Assembly: GCF_020745735.1 (NCBI RefSeq)
Contig: NC_083443.1
Span: forward strand, 12,327,006-12,391,005
Reading direction: 5' to 3'
Length of the DNA: 64,000 bases
From: Hemiscyllium ocellatum
Taxonomy: Eukaryota
The notes beneath the pieces were generated by a model that made no database searches, had not been told where the DNA came from, and saw nothing but the letters and a program-made list of their open reading frames with translations. This document shows positions 38,501-52,129 of the stretch, piece by piece. Numbering within the stretch: position 1 is the first letter of the stretch; every line of letters starts with the position of its first letter. Position numbers and translations under genes: made by a program.

Positions 38501-38924
38501 GCTACATCATGGAAAGTACATGACAACCAGGACAGGTTATTGATAAAGATCGGTTTGTTAAGGCACTTTGGAATTTTTCAACATAGAGTTGGGGGTGGGA
38601 GAAGAAGGAGTGAAGGGAGGAGGGGATGGAGTGAGTGAGAATGGAAAAAAAGCACTTTTAAGAAGGCCCATCACCACCACCTCTTGGGGCAACAATTGAT
38701 GGGCAATAAATCCTGGTCTTGCCGATGTAAAAATATAAAATGAACTTATAATCAACTAGAGTTAAGGTACAGTAAGTTGGTAATGTGATAGGATAGTCTG
38801 TGAACCTCCATGGAGTTCTTGTATCACCGTGGTAGTGCCCCTACTCTGAGCCAGAAGGCTTAGGTTCAAGTCTCACTTTCTCCTAGAGATGTGTCACAAC
38901 ATACCTAAACCTTAATGTGCCACC

Positions 38925-38959
38925 TTTCTGATGAAGGGCTTATGCCCGAAACGTCGAAT
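38925..38959 (+). ncRNA. Minimal hammerhead motif in PLE-derived fragment 38925-39056
   Basis: ttt-CTGATGA-a-gggc(ttat)gccc-GAAA-cgTC-gaa. Confidence 0.75.
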
Positions 38960-40118
38960 TTCCTGTTCCTTGGATGCTGCCTGACCTGCTGCGCTTTTCC
39001 AGCAACACATTTTCAGCTCTGATACTCCAGCATCTGCAGACCTCGCTTTCTCCTCACCTTTATTTCCCAGGCTTTGAGAGAAAGGCATCTATGTGCACCG
39101 AACTTCTGCAAGAGTTGAAGATTATACTGTAAATTGAAACAATCAGCCATTAGAACACAGGCCAAATCCCACTAGTTCTGGCAAACTTGAATTAAACACA
39201 AAGAGTCACTGAATCTAATAGTTTTAGATGGGATATCTCAAATTTTAAAAACTATGGTGGATAATGGAGATATTGTCAGTCAGTTTTTTTATCCCCCATG
39301 AAGGACTGGGGACTTTGGTTCATTTGGAAAAAAAACAAAGTAGAAAAGAGGAACTGCCAATATTTCTAGACACATTTTCTGAACTCATTCATTGTTATCT
39401 GCAGTAATATTTCCTGCAAATGTGTAGAAGAAATGTCAGATTGATATGAGAGGAATCCCTGGGTTTGTACAGTACAGTAGGAGACTATTTAGCCATCACG
39501 CATGTACTGTTTGTCTCATTCTTCTACAGACTCTTTTAGTTTGGTTCTTACATAATAGACAGTGGAAAACTGTTGCTATTGTTGGAAGCATCGAGAATCT
39601 CAGGGGATTTAGATTTAAGTTAACTAATGAAAGAAACAATGGCAACATGAGGAAAAAGCTTTTCATACAGCAAGTGATTAGAACCTGGAATGTACTGCCT
39701 AAGTATATAATGGAGGCAAGCTCAGTTAGGCATTCGGGAGGATTTGGAGCACAAACTGAAAAGGAAAAATATGTAGAGTATGGGGAAAAAGAGGGGTAAT
39801 GGCACTAGGTAAATTCTCAGTTTGGCAAACTAGTACAGACACAGGAGCAACATATCTTCCTGTGCTGTAATCGTTCTGTCATTAACTTCTTTTTCAATGA
39901 CGTATTCACTTCAATTTCCTTTTTGACATTTGCGAAATACTGTGTTTCCATCATTCTCTGGCAAGGCATTTCATGTTTTAATAAGTCTTTGGGTTAAGAA
40001 AAGCTTCTAACCTCTTCTTATGCCATGTGTTCAGCTCTTCCCAGTTAGACTGCAATGTCAAATTAAATATGATGTGGAGGAGCCAGTGTTGGACTGGGGT
40101 GGACAAAGTTAAAAATCA

Positions 40119-41147
40119 GGAGAAAGTGAGGACTGCAGATGCTGGGATCAGAGTCAAGAGTGTGGTGATGGAAAAGCACAGCAGATCAGGCAGCATCTGA
40201 GAAGCAGGAGAATCGACGTTTCGGGCAAGAGCCCTTCATTAGGAATGAGGCTTGTAGCCAAGGGGGTGGAGAGATAAGTGGGATGGGGTTGGGACTGGGG
40301 GGGGAGGTAGCTGAGAGTGTGATGGGTAGCTGGAGGTGGGGGTAATGGTCATAGATCGGAGAAGAGGATGGAGCAGATAGATGGGAAGAAGATAAACAGG
40401 CAGGACTGGTCATGAGGGCGATACTGAGTTGGAAGGTTGTAACTGGGATAAGGTGGGGGGAGGGAAATGAGGAAACTGGTTAAGTTCATATTGATGCAGT
40501 GTGGTTGGAGGGTCCCAAGGCAGATGATGAGGCATTCTTCCTCCAGGCATTGTGTGGTGAGGGTGTAGCGATGGACGAGACCCAGGACCTGCTTGTCCTT
40601 GGCGGAATAGGAGGGGGAGTTGAAATGTTCGGCCAGTGGGGCATTGGGGTTGGTTGGTGTGAGTATCCAGGAGATGTTCTCTGAAGCGCTCTGCAAGTAG
40701 GCATCCTGTCTCCCCAAGGTAGAGGCGACCGCATCGGGAGCAACGAATATAATAACTGATGTGCGGAAGTGCAGGTAAAACTCTGATGGATGTGGAAAGC
40801 TCATTTGAGGCCTTAGACGAAGATGAGGGGGAGGTGTCGATGGAGGTTTTGCAATTTCTGCGGTGGCAGGGGAAGGTGCTGAATGGGGAGGGTGGGTTGG
40901 TGTGGGGGGGGGCGTGGACCTGACAGATTCGCAGAGGGAATGGTCTTTATGGAAAGTGGATAGGGATGGGGAGGGAAATATATCTCTGGTGGCAGGATCC
41001 ATTTGTAGGTGACGGAAATGGCAGAGGATGGTGTGATGTATACAGAGGTTGGTGGGGTGGAAAGTGAGGACTGGGGAGTTCTCTCCTTGTTGCGGTTGGA
41101 AGGATGGGGTTCGAGGGAGAATGTGCGGGAAGAGGGTGAGATGAGAC
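40119..41147 (-). mobile_element. Penelope-like element 3' part (GIY-YIG endonuclease plus pseudo-LTR with mutated hammerhead at about 40210-40246)
   Basis: Degenerate peptides VLTFHPTNL..HFRHLQ.DPAT.DIFPSP, EHFNSPS..EE.LI..LGTLQP.CIN. Confidence 0.85.
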
Positions 41148-41547
41148 CAAAATAAAAGATCACACAACACCAGGTTATAGTCTAACAGGACACCACGCAA
41201 CAATCACCAAATGGGGTGTTCCCTTCCATTCAGGGAACACTACAGAGGTCAAGGACATTCGGTCTCGGATGTTTGGGTGACCATCCTCCAAGGCAGACTT
41301 CGGGATAGGTAACAACACAGAGTGACCAAGTAAATGCTGTTAGCCAAGTTTGGTACCCATGAGGATGGCCACTCTCTCACAGGCTTATACTCCATTACAC
41401 CCACCAACACACACACTTGATGCAAACACATGCAAATACATACTCTCTAACGTGCACTCACATGTACACTCTCTCTCATGCACACGCACAGACATATAAG
41501 TCTATTGGTGAATTTGTATTTGCAGAATTATATTTGCAGATACATTC

Positions 41548-43293
41548 TTGTGTGGAGCCACAGAAAATGGGGGAAGATACTAAACAAGTATATTACATCA
41601 GTATTTACTGTGGAAGTGGATATGGAAGATATAGAAAGTAGCAAAATAGATGGTGACACCTTTCAAAATGTCCATGTTACAGAGGAGGAAGTGCTGAATG
41701 TCTTAAAATGCAGAAATGTGGATAAATCCCCAGGACCTGATCAGGTGTACCCTAGAACTCTGTGGGAAGCTAGAGAAGTGATTGCTGGGCCTCTTGCTGA
41801 GCTATTTGTATCATCGATAGTCACTGGTGAGGTGCTGGAAAACTGGAGGTTGGCTAACGTGTTGCCACTGTTTAAGAAGGGTGATAAGGACAAGTCAGGG
41901 AACTATAGACCAGTGAGCCTGACGTTGGCGGTGGGCAAGTTGTTGAAGGGAATCCTGAGGGGCAGGATGTACATGTATTTGGAAAGGCAGGGACTGATTG
42001 GGAATAGTCAAAATGGCTTTGTGCGTAGGAAATCTTGTCTCACAAACTTGATTTGAGTTTTTTGAAAAGTAACAAAGGGGATTGATTGATGAGGGCAGAG
42101 CGGTAGATGTGATCTATGTAAGGTGTTCAACAAGGTTCCCCATAGGAGACTGTTTAGCAAGGTTAGATCTCATGGAATAAAGGGAGAACTAGCCATTTGG
42201 ATACAGAACTGGCTCAAAGATAGAAGACAGAGGGTGGTGGTGGAGGGTTGTTTTTCAGACTGGAGGCCTGCGACCAGTGGAGTGTCACAAGGATCGGTGC
42301 TGGGTCCTCTTCTTTTTGTCATTTACTTAATGGTTTGGATGCGAGCATAAGAGGTACAGATAGTACGTTTGCAGATGACTCCAAATTTGGAGGTATAGTG
42401 GACAGTGAAGAAGGTTACCTCAGATTACAACAGGATCTTGATCAGATGAGCCAATGAGCCGAGAAGTGGCAGATGGAGTTTAATTCAGATAAATGCAAGA
42501 TGCTGCATTTTGGGAAAGCAAATCTTAGCAGGACTTATACACTTAATGGTAAGGTCCTAGAGAGTGTTGCTGAACAAAGAGACCTTGGAGTGCAGGTTCA
42601 TAGTTCCTTGAAAGTGGAGTCGCAGATAGATAGGATAGTGAAGAAGGCGTTTGGTATGCTTTCTTTTATTGGTCAGAGTATTGAGTACAGAAGTTGGGAG
42701 GTCATGTTGCAGCTGTACAGGACATTGGATAGGCCACTGTTGGAATATTGCGTGCAATTCTGGCTCCCTTCCTATTGGAAAGATGTTGTGAAACTTGAAA
42801 GGGTTCAGAAAAGATTTACAAGAATGTTGCCAGGGTTGGAGGATTTGAGCTATAGGGAGAGGCTGAATAGGCTGGGGCTGTTTTCCCTGGAGCTTCGGTG
42901 GCTGAGGAGTGACTTTATACAGGTTTGCAAAATTATGAGAGGCATGGATAGGATAAATAGTCAAAGTGTTTTCCCTGGGGTAGGGGAGTCCAGAGCTAGA
43001 GGGCATTGGTTTAGGGTGAGAAGGGAAAGATATAAAAGGGACCTAAGGGGCAACTTTTTCACGCAGAGGGTGGTACGCGTATGGAATGAGCTGCCAGAGG
43101 AAGTGGTGGAGGCTGGTACAATTGCAACATTTAAAAGGCATTTGGATGGGTATATGAATAGGAAGGGTTTGGAGGGATATGGGCTGGATGCTGGTAGTTG
43201 GGACTAGATTGGGTTGGGATTTCTGGTCAGCATAGACGGGTTGGACCGAAGGGTCTGTTTCCATGCTGTACATCTCTATGATTCTATGACTCT
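41548..43293 (+). mobile_element. 5'-truncated CR1 LINE
   Basis: RT ORF fragments 41478-43207; (ctatgatt/ctatgact) tail. Confidence 0.92.
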
Positions 43294-44752
43294 ATATTGC
43301 TCAGAAAATGCACAATCTGCAGGTAGTCAATACATGTAATATTTTGTAAATTCCAGTTTGGAAATAGAACTAGTCTGACTCCAGATTGGGATACAGACAG
43401 ACTCTAACCTCACATCGTTAATGCATTGTCTGAGCTGAGATGTAACCTTTTGTTATAAAACCTTAAGTTATCTCGAGAAGGTGACTTAAAAGAAGTTCTG
43501 GGATTTACATATTAATGAACCGAAACCTGCAACCCATTCTAAGAGATGGAAGACTTAACAACAATCCAGGTTTGTTCAATATATCATTTCATTTGCATGC
43601 ACTGTAATCCTTTACTATAAATTCTGTGTCTTATGATTATATACTCCATAACAACCTAATGAAAGAGCAGCGCTCCAAAAGCTAGTGCTTCCAAATAAAC
43701 CAATTGGACTATAAACTGGTGCTGTGTGGCTTTTAAAGTTAATTATGGTAATTTGTCAACTAGCATCAGATAATTAACGACAAATATTATAGGATTGGAT
43801 GAAATGTTAAAACAAAGTCCTATATACCCTCCCTAATGCGAATAAAAAATGCCAATAATTTCTATTGTTACAACACAGGTAAGCCCTTCTGCTAATTTAA
43901 ATCAGCCACACAGAAAAAAATTCACCTCACGCTGTAATCTGTTAAAATTTGAGAGGCAAAGAACTATCGCAGAGGTCACTATTTAACGTAAAAATTAACA
44001 ATTTTATTATTTAAGTCCAACAGAGAATATTAAAACCAAAGACTATTTACAACTCCTTTCTCTTAAACCTATCTTTTGCAATACTGATCTGATAAAAAAA
44101 ATCCCGATTAAGATTTACCACAAAAAATCATGTTTCAAAAACCAGTCAGATTGTCCAATCTCCTTTGTCGATTTTCCTCTGTAGATTTTCTCCAGGTCGA
44201 TTTCGATGTTCTGCTGCACAAACTTCTTATAGATAGGTACCTTTAAAGAGTTGTTCAATTGGCAGTGTACATTTGTGGATGTCATTGGCAGTTCTTTTTC
44301 TAACTGTTCAACATGTCTGGTTTTATACCCCAAAACATCAGATCGTTTCATTAATTTTAATATTATCAAACTACTAAATTCAAATTTGATTGGATTTTGG
44401 TATCTTGGGACATAATTTAAACTGATTGGCTGAATTTGAATTTATCTTTGTTTCATGGCAACTCAGCTGCAGTTATTTGTTTCAACCAAGTGTTACATTT
44501 TTACTTTGTTCAGGACTCTGTGAGCTTTGTTAGTCCTAGTTAGGTTTTCAAGGTACAGTACACCTCTACACCTTCATAACACCATCTCCTTTTTCATCTG
44601 GGGAGCTCTGAAGTTACTAGTCCTACCTTTTGCTTTTGAGCAAATATACTGCATCTTAACCATCTCTTCTTTGAAGGTAGACCATTGCTCAGTTGCAGTT
44701 TTTCCTGCCACCCTTTCATTCCATTCTACCTTGCCCAGCTTTGTTCTTGCCC

Positions 44753-45855
44753 ATAGAGTCATAGAAATATACTCCACAGAAACAGACCCTTCAGTCCAAC
44801 TGATCCATGCCAACCAGATATCCCAAATTAATCTAATCCCATTTGCCATTACTTTGCCCATATCCTTCTAAACCCTTCTTATTCATTTACCCATTCAGAT
44901 GCCTTATAAATATTTTAATTGTACCAAACTCCACCACTTCCTCTGGCAGCTCATTCCAGACATGCACCTCCTTTGCATGAAAACGTTGCCCCTTAGGTCA
45001 CTTATAAATTATTCCCCTCTCACTCTAAACTTATGCCCTCTAGTTCTGGATTTGCCCAACCTAGGGAAAATACCTTGTCTATTTACCCTATCCACACCCC
45101 TCATGATTTTCTAGACCTCTATAAAGTCATCCCTCAGCCTCCGACCCTCCAGTAAAACAGCCCCAGCCTATTCAGCCTCTTCCTATAGCTCAAATCTCCA
45201 ACCCTGGCAACATCCTTGTAAATCTTTTCTGAACTCTTTCAATTTTTACAACATTCTTCTGAAAGGAGGGAGATCCCTAAATTGCACACAATATTCCAAA
45301 AGTTGTCTAACCAATGTCCTGTACAGCCGCAACATGACCTTCCAACTCTTATACTAATGCTCTGACCAATAAAGGAAAGCATACTAAATGCCTTCTTCAC
45401 TATTCTATCTACCCGTGACTTCACTTTCAAGGAGCTAACCTGCACTCCAAGGTCTCCTTGTTCAGCAATATTCCCCAGGACCTTATCATTAAGTGTATAA
45501 GTCCTGCCCTGATTTGCCTTTCCAAAATGCAACAACCCTCATTTATCTAAATTAAAGTCTATCTGCCACTCAGCCCATTGGCCCATCTAACCAAGGTAAC
45601 CTTCTTTGCTGTCCACTACATCTCCAATTTTGTTGTCATCTGCAAATGTACTAACTAAATCTTCCATGTTCACATTCAAATCATTTATATACAGTAAATG
45701 ATGAAAAGCAGTGGACCCAGCACCAATCTTTGTGGCACTCCACTGGTCACAGGCCTTCAGTCTGAAAAGCAACCCTCCACCATCACCCTGTGTCTTCCAC
45801 CTTTGAACCAGTTGTATACCCAAATGGCTAGTTCTCCCTGTATTCCACGTGATCT
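44753..45855 (-). mobile_element. CR1 3' fragment inserted into an older CR1 (about 44565-46860)
   Basis: FADDNKIG, LHFGKANQ; flanks carry older endonuclease-region remnants. Confidence 0.85.
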
Positions 45856-47299
45856 GCCCAGTTGAAGTTAGTTTCCTGCCAGTTGATTAATCTTACTCTG
45901 GATTGACCATTATCATTTCCCACCATCACCCTGAACCTTAGGATCCAACAATCACTGACTTCTAAATGTTTTTGCAAGGACACCTGATCCATTTGTTTTC
46001 ATTTCCAAGAACCAGATCCAACAATGCATCCTTTCTTGTTGGATACATATTACTGTCAGAAATTCTCCTGAATACAAGCTAGAAATATTCTCCCCTTTTG
46101 CAGTCCCTTCCTCTACCAGAATCTGAGCCTATACTTGGGTAATTTAAGTCCCCCATTATAAATAATCTACAATGTTGGTATGTCTGTAATTTCTTTGCAG
46201 AGTTATTTCATTACATCCTTCCATCTAGTTTGTGGTCTATTGTTCACACTCAACAGTGGAATTTAATCTAATATTTGTTTTTCAGCTCTTTGTCCTTGAA
46301 CCCTCTTTGACATCCTTTTTCTCTCACATGACATTGCCCTCCTTAACTAATACCTCCACCACTCCTCATTTTCTTATCGTTTCTTAGTACCTTGTACCCA
46401 AGAATATTTAATATACAGTCCTGACTTTCTTTACCTTCCTTGGATTAACACCAAAACATCATATTTTCACATAGCAATCTGCACCTATAACTCCCTGATC
46501 TTATTTACTATATGCCTTGCATTCAGTACAGTAACCTTAATTGAGACTTCATCACTCTCTTAATCTTTCACCAATAATTTACTATTCTTTATGCTAAAGC
46601 TTTCTGTCTTTGTGAGCCATGGTATTCTTCTCTAATAATCTCCCTTGGCTCCCACACCCCTGCTAAGGTAGTTTAAAGCCCATCCAATAGCAGGAGCAAA
46701 ATAACCCCACAAGGTGTTCAGTCCCAGCTCTGTTTAGGTGCATATTGTACAGGTGCCATCTTTGCCAGAGGCAGTTCCAGTGCCCAGGAATCTAAAGCCC
46801 ACCTAAAGTCTGCACAGTCCTTGTACTCATCTCCGTATCCTCCTTTTCCTATACTTACTTGCACATGCTATTGGGAACAATGCAGGATCTACAATAAGAG
46901 CATAAGAGAATAAGAGAACAAAGTAGGCAAAATTGGGCAAAAAGGGCAGTGAGGCACATCGTAATGTCGTAATTATCTTACACCATCTCTTATGTTTTTC
47001 TCAATCAGCAATGGCGAGATTCTCACTCGGCAGTGATGACATGCCAACTGATGGTCATTATTGCTGGTTAAGTGCCCTGTTCACAGCACAAATTGTCTCA
47101 CTAAGATTCAGATTCCTATCTTACCAATCTTGCCAAACAAGCTCAATATCAGGAAAACTCAACAAGAAACCAGAGCAAGCGGATTCAGATTTTTGCTTAC
47201 TCAAACAACGTTCATGTTGGAAGTTGGGCACTGACATCACAGATCACACTTCATGGCCATACATTCGCAACATCCATGGACATTACCATCCAACGTGTG

Positions 47300-48000
47300 C
47301 CAACCTGTAACAACCTTCCTGGCATATCTCCGATTAACTTTCACATTTCAGTGGTGATCTAGGGACAGCAGCAACAGCTATCATTCCAGCAAGAAGACCA
47401 TGCAGTGAGGAACAAGACCCACCTCATGATCCGCTTCTCATTACGAGTGAGGAACTGAAATCAGGTAGCACAATACCCATCCTAAATTTTACTGCACTAC
47501 TGGGGCTAGTTTCCTCCTGAACTAAGAGAAAGGCACTTATTACAGGAGCTGGAAGTGAGTGGCACAGCTGTTACTTTTGATGCCGGTGTCCCAAGTGAGT
47601 GAGCAGGGAGCACAGATGGATGGTGTAGGGGGTTATGATGGGTAAGAGTGAATGGGGAAGATGTTGCAAGCAATGGTGAGAGTGGTAAAGTATGTGTCCT
47701 GGTTTGAGGTGGGTGTAGTAGCAGAGATATTGAGTTTGAGAAATTGGAGAGAAGATGGCGGATCTTACGCTGGCAAGGATGTTGACTTCCCTATATTGCT
47801 GGACATTCCTCTTCTAGCCTGCTGTAACCTGCATGGCAACCTTGGACGAGGGTAGCAGAGTCTTGTGTTGTAGCCTTCACTCCTGGTACGTGGGAAGAGG
47901 AAGGCTTATCTCTGCCCCATTCTGTCCAGCCGGACCTATAGGACCCTGGTGCTGATTTCCTCCTGTTTGCCATGTCTGGGACAAATTTCAAGAACCGTGC
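47300..48000 (-). mobile_element. Degenerate PIF/Harbinger Myb/SANT-like gene remnant
   Basis: SKVAMQVTAG*KRNVQQYREVNILASVR resembles the trihelix motif VA..V.....R...QCRKK.NDL. Confidence 0.45.
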
Positions 48001-48371
48001 AGGACAGCTCCAGAGTAACTCTGCATGTCTGGGTGCACAATGGGCATTTTACAATGGAGTGCTGGTGCAAATGATCCTGGTGAATTCTGGGTAGTTAGCT
48101 GTTGTGGGAACGTCGCATGCTAAGATGGGGTAGAAATCGAACGTGAGGGATGATATAGGAGCATAGGTAATTAATGAGGCACAACACATTAGGCCTTGGG
48201 GAAACAAACTTTCTCAAATCCCAATGCATCTTCGACTCAGCCAACAAATTCATAAGATTTAGTCAAATATTTTCAATGTAGGGTAATATCTGTGGATACA
48301 TATAGCCTGTTAAGCCTGACCTCTTCAGTATCATTCTATATCGAAATATTTGGAACACTTTCTTTTGTAAA

Positions 48372-48622
48372 GTCATAGAGATGTCCAGCACAGAAACAGA
48401 CTCTTTGGTCCAACTCATCCATGCAGACCAGATATTCTAACTTAATCTAGTCCCATTTGCCAGCCCTTGGCCCATTTCCCTCTGAACCCTTCCTATTCAT
48501 ATACCCATTCAGATGCCTTTAAAATGTTGCAGTTGTACCAGCCTCCACCACTTCCTCTGGCAGCTCATCCCAAACATGTACCACCCTCTGCATGGAAAAG
48601 TTGCTCCTTTGTTCACTTTTAA
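48372..48622 (-). mobile_element. CR1 3' tail (similar tails at 16587-16765 plus and 30335-30510 minus)
   Basis: Matches 3' ends of the other CR1 copies. Confidence 0.8.
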
Positions 48623-49005
48623 ATTATTTTGGAATGTGATAAATTTCAAAAGGATGAAGTAACAGCTGATTTTCTTAATGAACTGGAATCTGCTGAATAA
48701 TTTTAATTTTCAGTATAGTGGAAGATTCAATCATATCTCATCTTGAAGGCAATATTTGACCTTATTTCTTCACCTCTGATGCTGTGTTTTATTTCAAATT
48801 AATAAGAAAGTTTTCTTTTATTCAATAGATATCAGGTCAAGAATTCCCAAGCTCATATCATTTAAGAACTTTACAGTGAGAGAGCAAAACAAATTTTACT
48901 CACATCAGATCAGACCACATTCAAAGCCAAATGGCTTAAGTTGCCTTGCATTCTCAGTAAAGGTATACAGGTTGGATTCTGAGGTATAAGTAACTATATG
49001 CTAGG

Positions 49006-50300
49006 GCAAGAGTGTGGTGCTGGAAAAGCACAGCAGGTCAGGTAGCATCTGAGGAGCAGGAAAGTCGACATTTCGGGCAGAAGCCCTTCATCAGGAATGA
49101 AGCTGGGAGCCTTTGGGGTGGAGAGATAAATGGGCGGGGGGTGGGGCTGGGGGGAAGGTAGCTGAGAGGGCACTGGATGGATGGTGTTGGGGGTAAAGGT
49201 GATAGGTCAGAGAGGAGGGTGGAGCAGATAGGTGGGAAGGAAGATGGACAGGTGGAGCAGGTCATGAGGACAGTGCTGAGCTGGAAGGTTGGACCTGGGG
49301 TGGGGGGGAAGAGGGGGGAGTTGGGGGGGGGAGGGGTAATGAGGAAACTGGTGAAATCCATGATGCCGTGGGATTGGAGGGTCCTGAGGCGGAAGATGAG
49401 GTGTTCTTCCTCCAGGCGTTGGTTTGGAAGGGAGAAATGTACCTCAGACATATATTTCCCTCCCCACCCCTATCGACTTTCTGTAAAGACTGTTCCCTCT
49501 GCAACTACCACGTCAGGTCCATGCCCCCTAACAACCACCCTCCCATCCTGGCACCTTCCCCTGCCACTTCAGGAATTGCAAAACCTGCGCCCACACCTTC
49601 CCCCTCACCTCCATCCAAGACCCCAAAGGACCCTTCCACGTACAGCAAAGTTTTACCTGCACTTCCACATGTCATTTACTGTATCTGATGTGGTCCCAAT
49701 GTGGTCTCCTCTACGTTGGGTGGACAGGACACCTACTCGCAGAGCACTTCAGAGAACATCTCCGGGTCACCAGCACCCGCTCCGTGGCTGGACACTTCAA
49801 CTCCTTCTCCCACTCTGCCGAGGACATTCAGGGCCTGGGTCTCCTCCATCGCCACTCCCTTACCACCTGACATCTAGAGGAAGAACACCTCATCTTCCGC
49901 CTCAGGACCCTCCAACCCGATGGCATCAATATGGATCTCACCAGTTTCCTCATTTCCCCTCCCCCCCCCAAACCTTACCCCGTTCCAACCTTTCAGCTCA
50001 GCACCGTCCTCATGACCTGTCCCATCTGTCCATCTTCTTTCCCATCTATCTGGTCCACCCTCCACTCTGACCTATCGCCTTTGCCTCCACCTACATCTGT
50101 CTATTGCACTCTCAGCTACCTTGCCTCCATCCCACCCCCCTCCCCTTTATCTCTCCACCCCTGAGGCTCCCAGCCTCATTCCATGAAGGGCTTTTGCCTG
50201 AAATGTCAATATCCCTGCTCTTTGAATGCTGCCTGACCTGCTGTGCTTTTCCAGCATTACATTTTTGACTCTGATCTCCAGCATCTGCAGTATTCATTTT
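49006..50300. mobile_element. PLE 3' fragment with inverted partial pseudo-LTR (49006-49425 minus; 49435-50300 plus)
   Basis: VIYCI..SQCGLLYVG.TGHLLAEHFREH GIY-YIG; inverted terminal duplication typical of PLE insertions; hammerhead on minus at 49064-49097. Confidence 0.85.
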
Positions 50301-50494
50301 CATCTATATGCTAGGTCCCAGTGCTGATATGATCAAATCCAGTTCTATTGCATGTGGAAAAAAGAAATATGGTCCAGTATTCACATTTTGGGACATACTG
50401 CTCTTGGAATTCTCTACAATAGAGTGCTGCGAAGGCTCAGTAATTGAGTACGTTCAAGACAGAAATTGATAGATCACTAGATATTAAAAGTTTT

Positions 50495-50830
50495 GGGCGG
50501 CATGGTGGTTGGCACAGCTGCCTCAGTGCCAGAGACCCAGGTTCTATTCCAGTCTCGGGCAAGTGTGTGTGTGTGTGTGTGTGTGTGGAGTTTGCGTGTT
50601 CTCCCTGGGTTTGCTCCAGCTTCCTCCCACAGTCCAAAGATGTGCAGGTTAGGTGAATTGGCTATGCTAAATTGCCCATAATGTTCAGAGATGGCTAGGC
50701 CAGGTGCATTAGTCGGGGAAATGTAGAATAATAGTGGTAGAGGAATGGCTTTGGGTGGGATACTCTTCGGAGGGTCATTTGTGGACTTGCTGGGCCAGAT
50801 GGCATGTTTCCAAACTGTAGGGTCTCTATG
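50495..50830 (+). mobile_element. HE1-type SINE with expanded (GT)n at 50563-50587
   Basis: Consensus match; microsatellite grown from the internal tgtgtg. Confidence 0.85.
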
Positions 50831-50864
50831 TGTTAAGAGAAACAGGGATAATGCAAGATGACTT

Positions 50865-51200
50865 TTTTTATTCATCCATGGCTAGGCCCCACATATATTG
50901 CCCATCCTTAATTGCCCAGAGGGCAGATATGAATCAAACACTTTACTGGGTCTGGAGTCACATGTAGGCCAGACCAGGTGAGGATGGCAGTTTCCTTTCC
51001 TAAAGGATATTAGTGAACCAAATGGGTTTTTCTAACAATTGACAATGGATTCATGGCCATCATTAAACTCTTAACTCTACATATTTATTGAATTTATATT
51101 CCACCATCCACAGTGTCAGGATTCGAACTTGGGTCCCCAGAACATTATCTGGGTCTCTGATTTAACAGTCCAGCAATAATACCATTAGGCCATTGCCTCC
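50865..51200 (-). mobile_element. Second tRNA-derived SINE family (partial relative at about 61570-61795)
   Basis: Minus-strand tRNA-like head (tggcctaatggt...gttcgaatcc); ggtctggagtcacatgtaggccagacc body. Confidence 0.6.
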
Positions 51201-52129
51201 CCCCTCAATGGTGTCAAGTTTCTTGAGTGTTGCTGGAGCAGCACTCATCCCCACTTGTGCCTTGTAGATGGTGGACAGGTGTCAGGGAGAGGTAAGTTAC
51301 TCACTGCAACATTCTTAGCCTCTGATCTGCTCTCCCCACACCCCAACTCCCAACACATTCCTAATGAAGGACTTATGCCCGAAATATTGATTCTCCTGCA
51401 CCTCGGATGCTGCCTGCCCTGCTGTGCTATTCCAGCACCACACCTTTTGGTATTTATGTGGCTAGTCCATTTCAGTTTCCACTTCGGTAACCCATAGTGG
51501 GGGGGGGGGGGGCGGGTTTGGAAGTTATAATGAGTGGCAAAGGGCCATAGTTAGTTTCTCCCTTGTCATTGCCTGTCATTTGTGTGGCATAAATGTTACT
51601 TACCATTTGTCAACCTAAGCATGGATATTGTTCAGATCTTGTTGCACATGAACATTAACTGCATCGGTATCTGAGAAGTCACAAATGATGATGAACATGG
51701 TATAAATCAGCAAACATGCCCACTCTGACTTTATGATAGATGGAAGGTCATTGAGGAAGCAATAGAAGACAGTTAGACCTGGGATATTATATTGCAGAAT
51801 TATTTAAAGATCTCTTTTTCACTCTGCTTTTGACGTTCAGTCCGCTGGCGATATTGACATGGGAGGGGCTAGGTGATCTGTCTGGTGTTCAGTCAACATG
51901 TGATACCAACATTCAATTAGTGTAATTGCTGGTGCAATTCAGTTTGTAGTTCTTTTCCTTTAATAAACTTCTTCACATAAAAAAGGTTTGTAAAAATGGA
52001 GAGTGAACCAGTCTAGACAACGAACACTACTAACTTAACCTTTGATTCCAGATAGGGTTGCAAATGCTAAAGCTCCTTATTATCCTGATGGCAGATGCAA
52101 TCTTAGAAGAAGGACAGAATTAGCCTGAA

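Larger units (their letters stand above)
40071..43740 (+). mobile_element. Second-family PLE fragment, interrupted by PLE 40119-41147 and CR1 41548-43293
   Basis: GIY-YIG C-terminal remnant (GHS..D..VTILQG..AKFGTHEDG, 41190-41370); tail with hammerhead-like ctaatgaaagagcagcgctccaaaagcta at about 43656; inverted start. A related short fold-back copy lies at 22085-22278. Confidence 0.65.

Noticed and set aside
42473-43207. 244-aa RT ORF as an active or domesticated gene
   Set aside because: 5'-truncated CR1 with upstream stops and frameshifts
49177-50070. 297-aa plus ORF
   Set aside because: Chance read-through across inverted PLE fragments, not in the GIY-YIG frame
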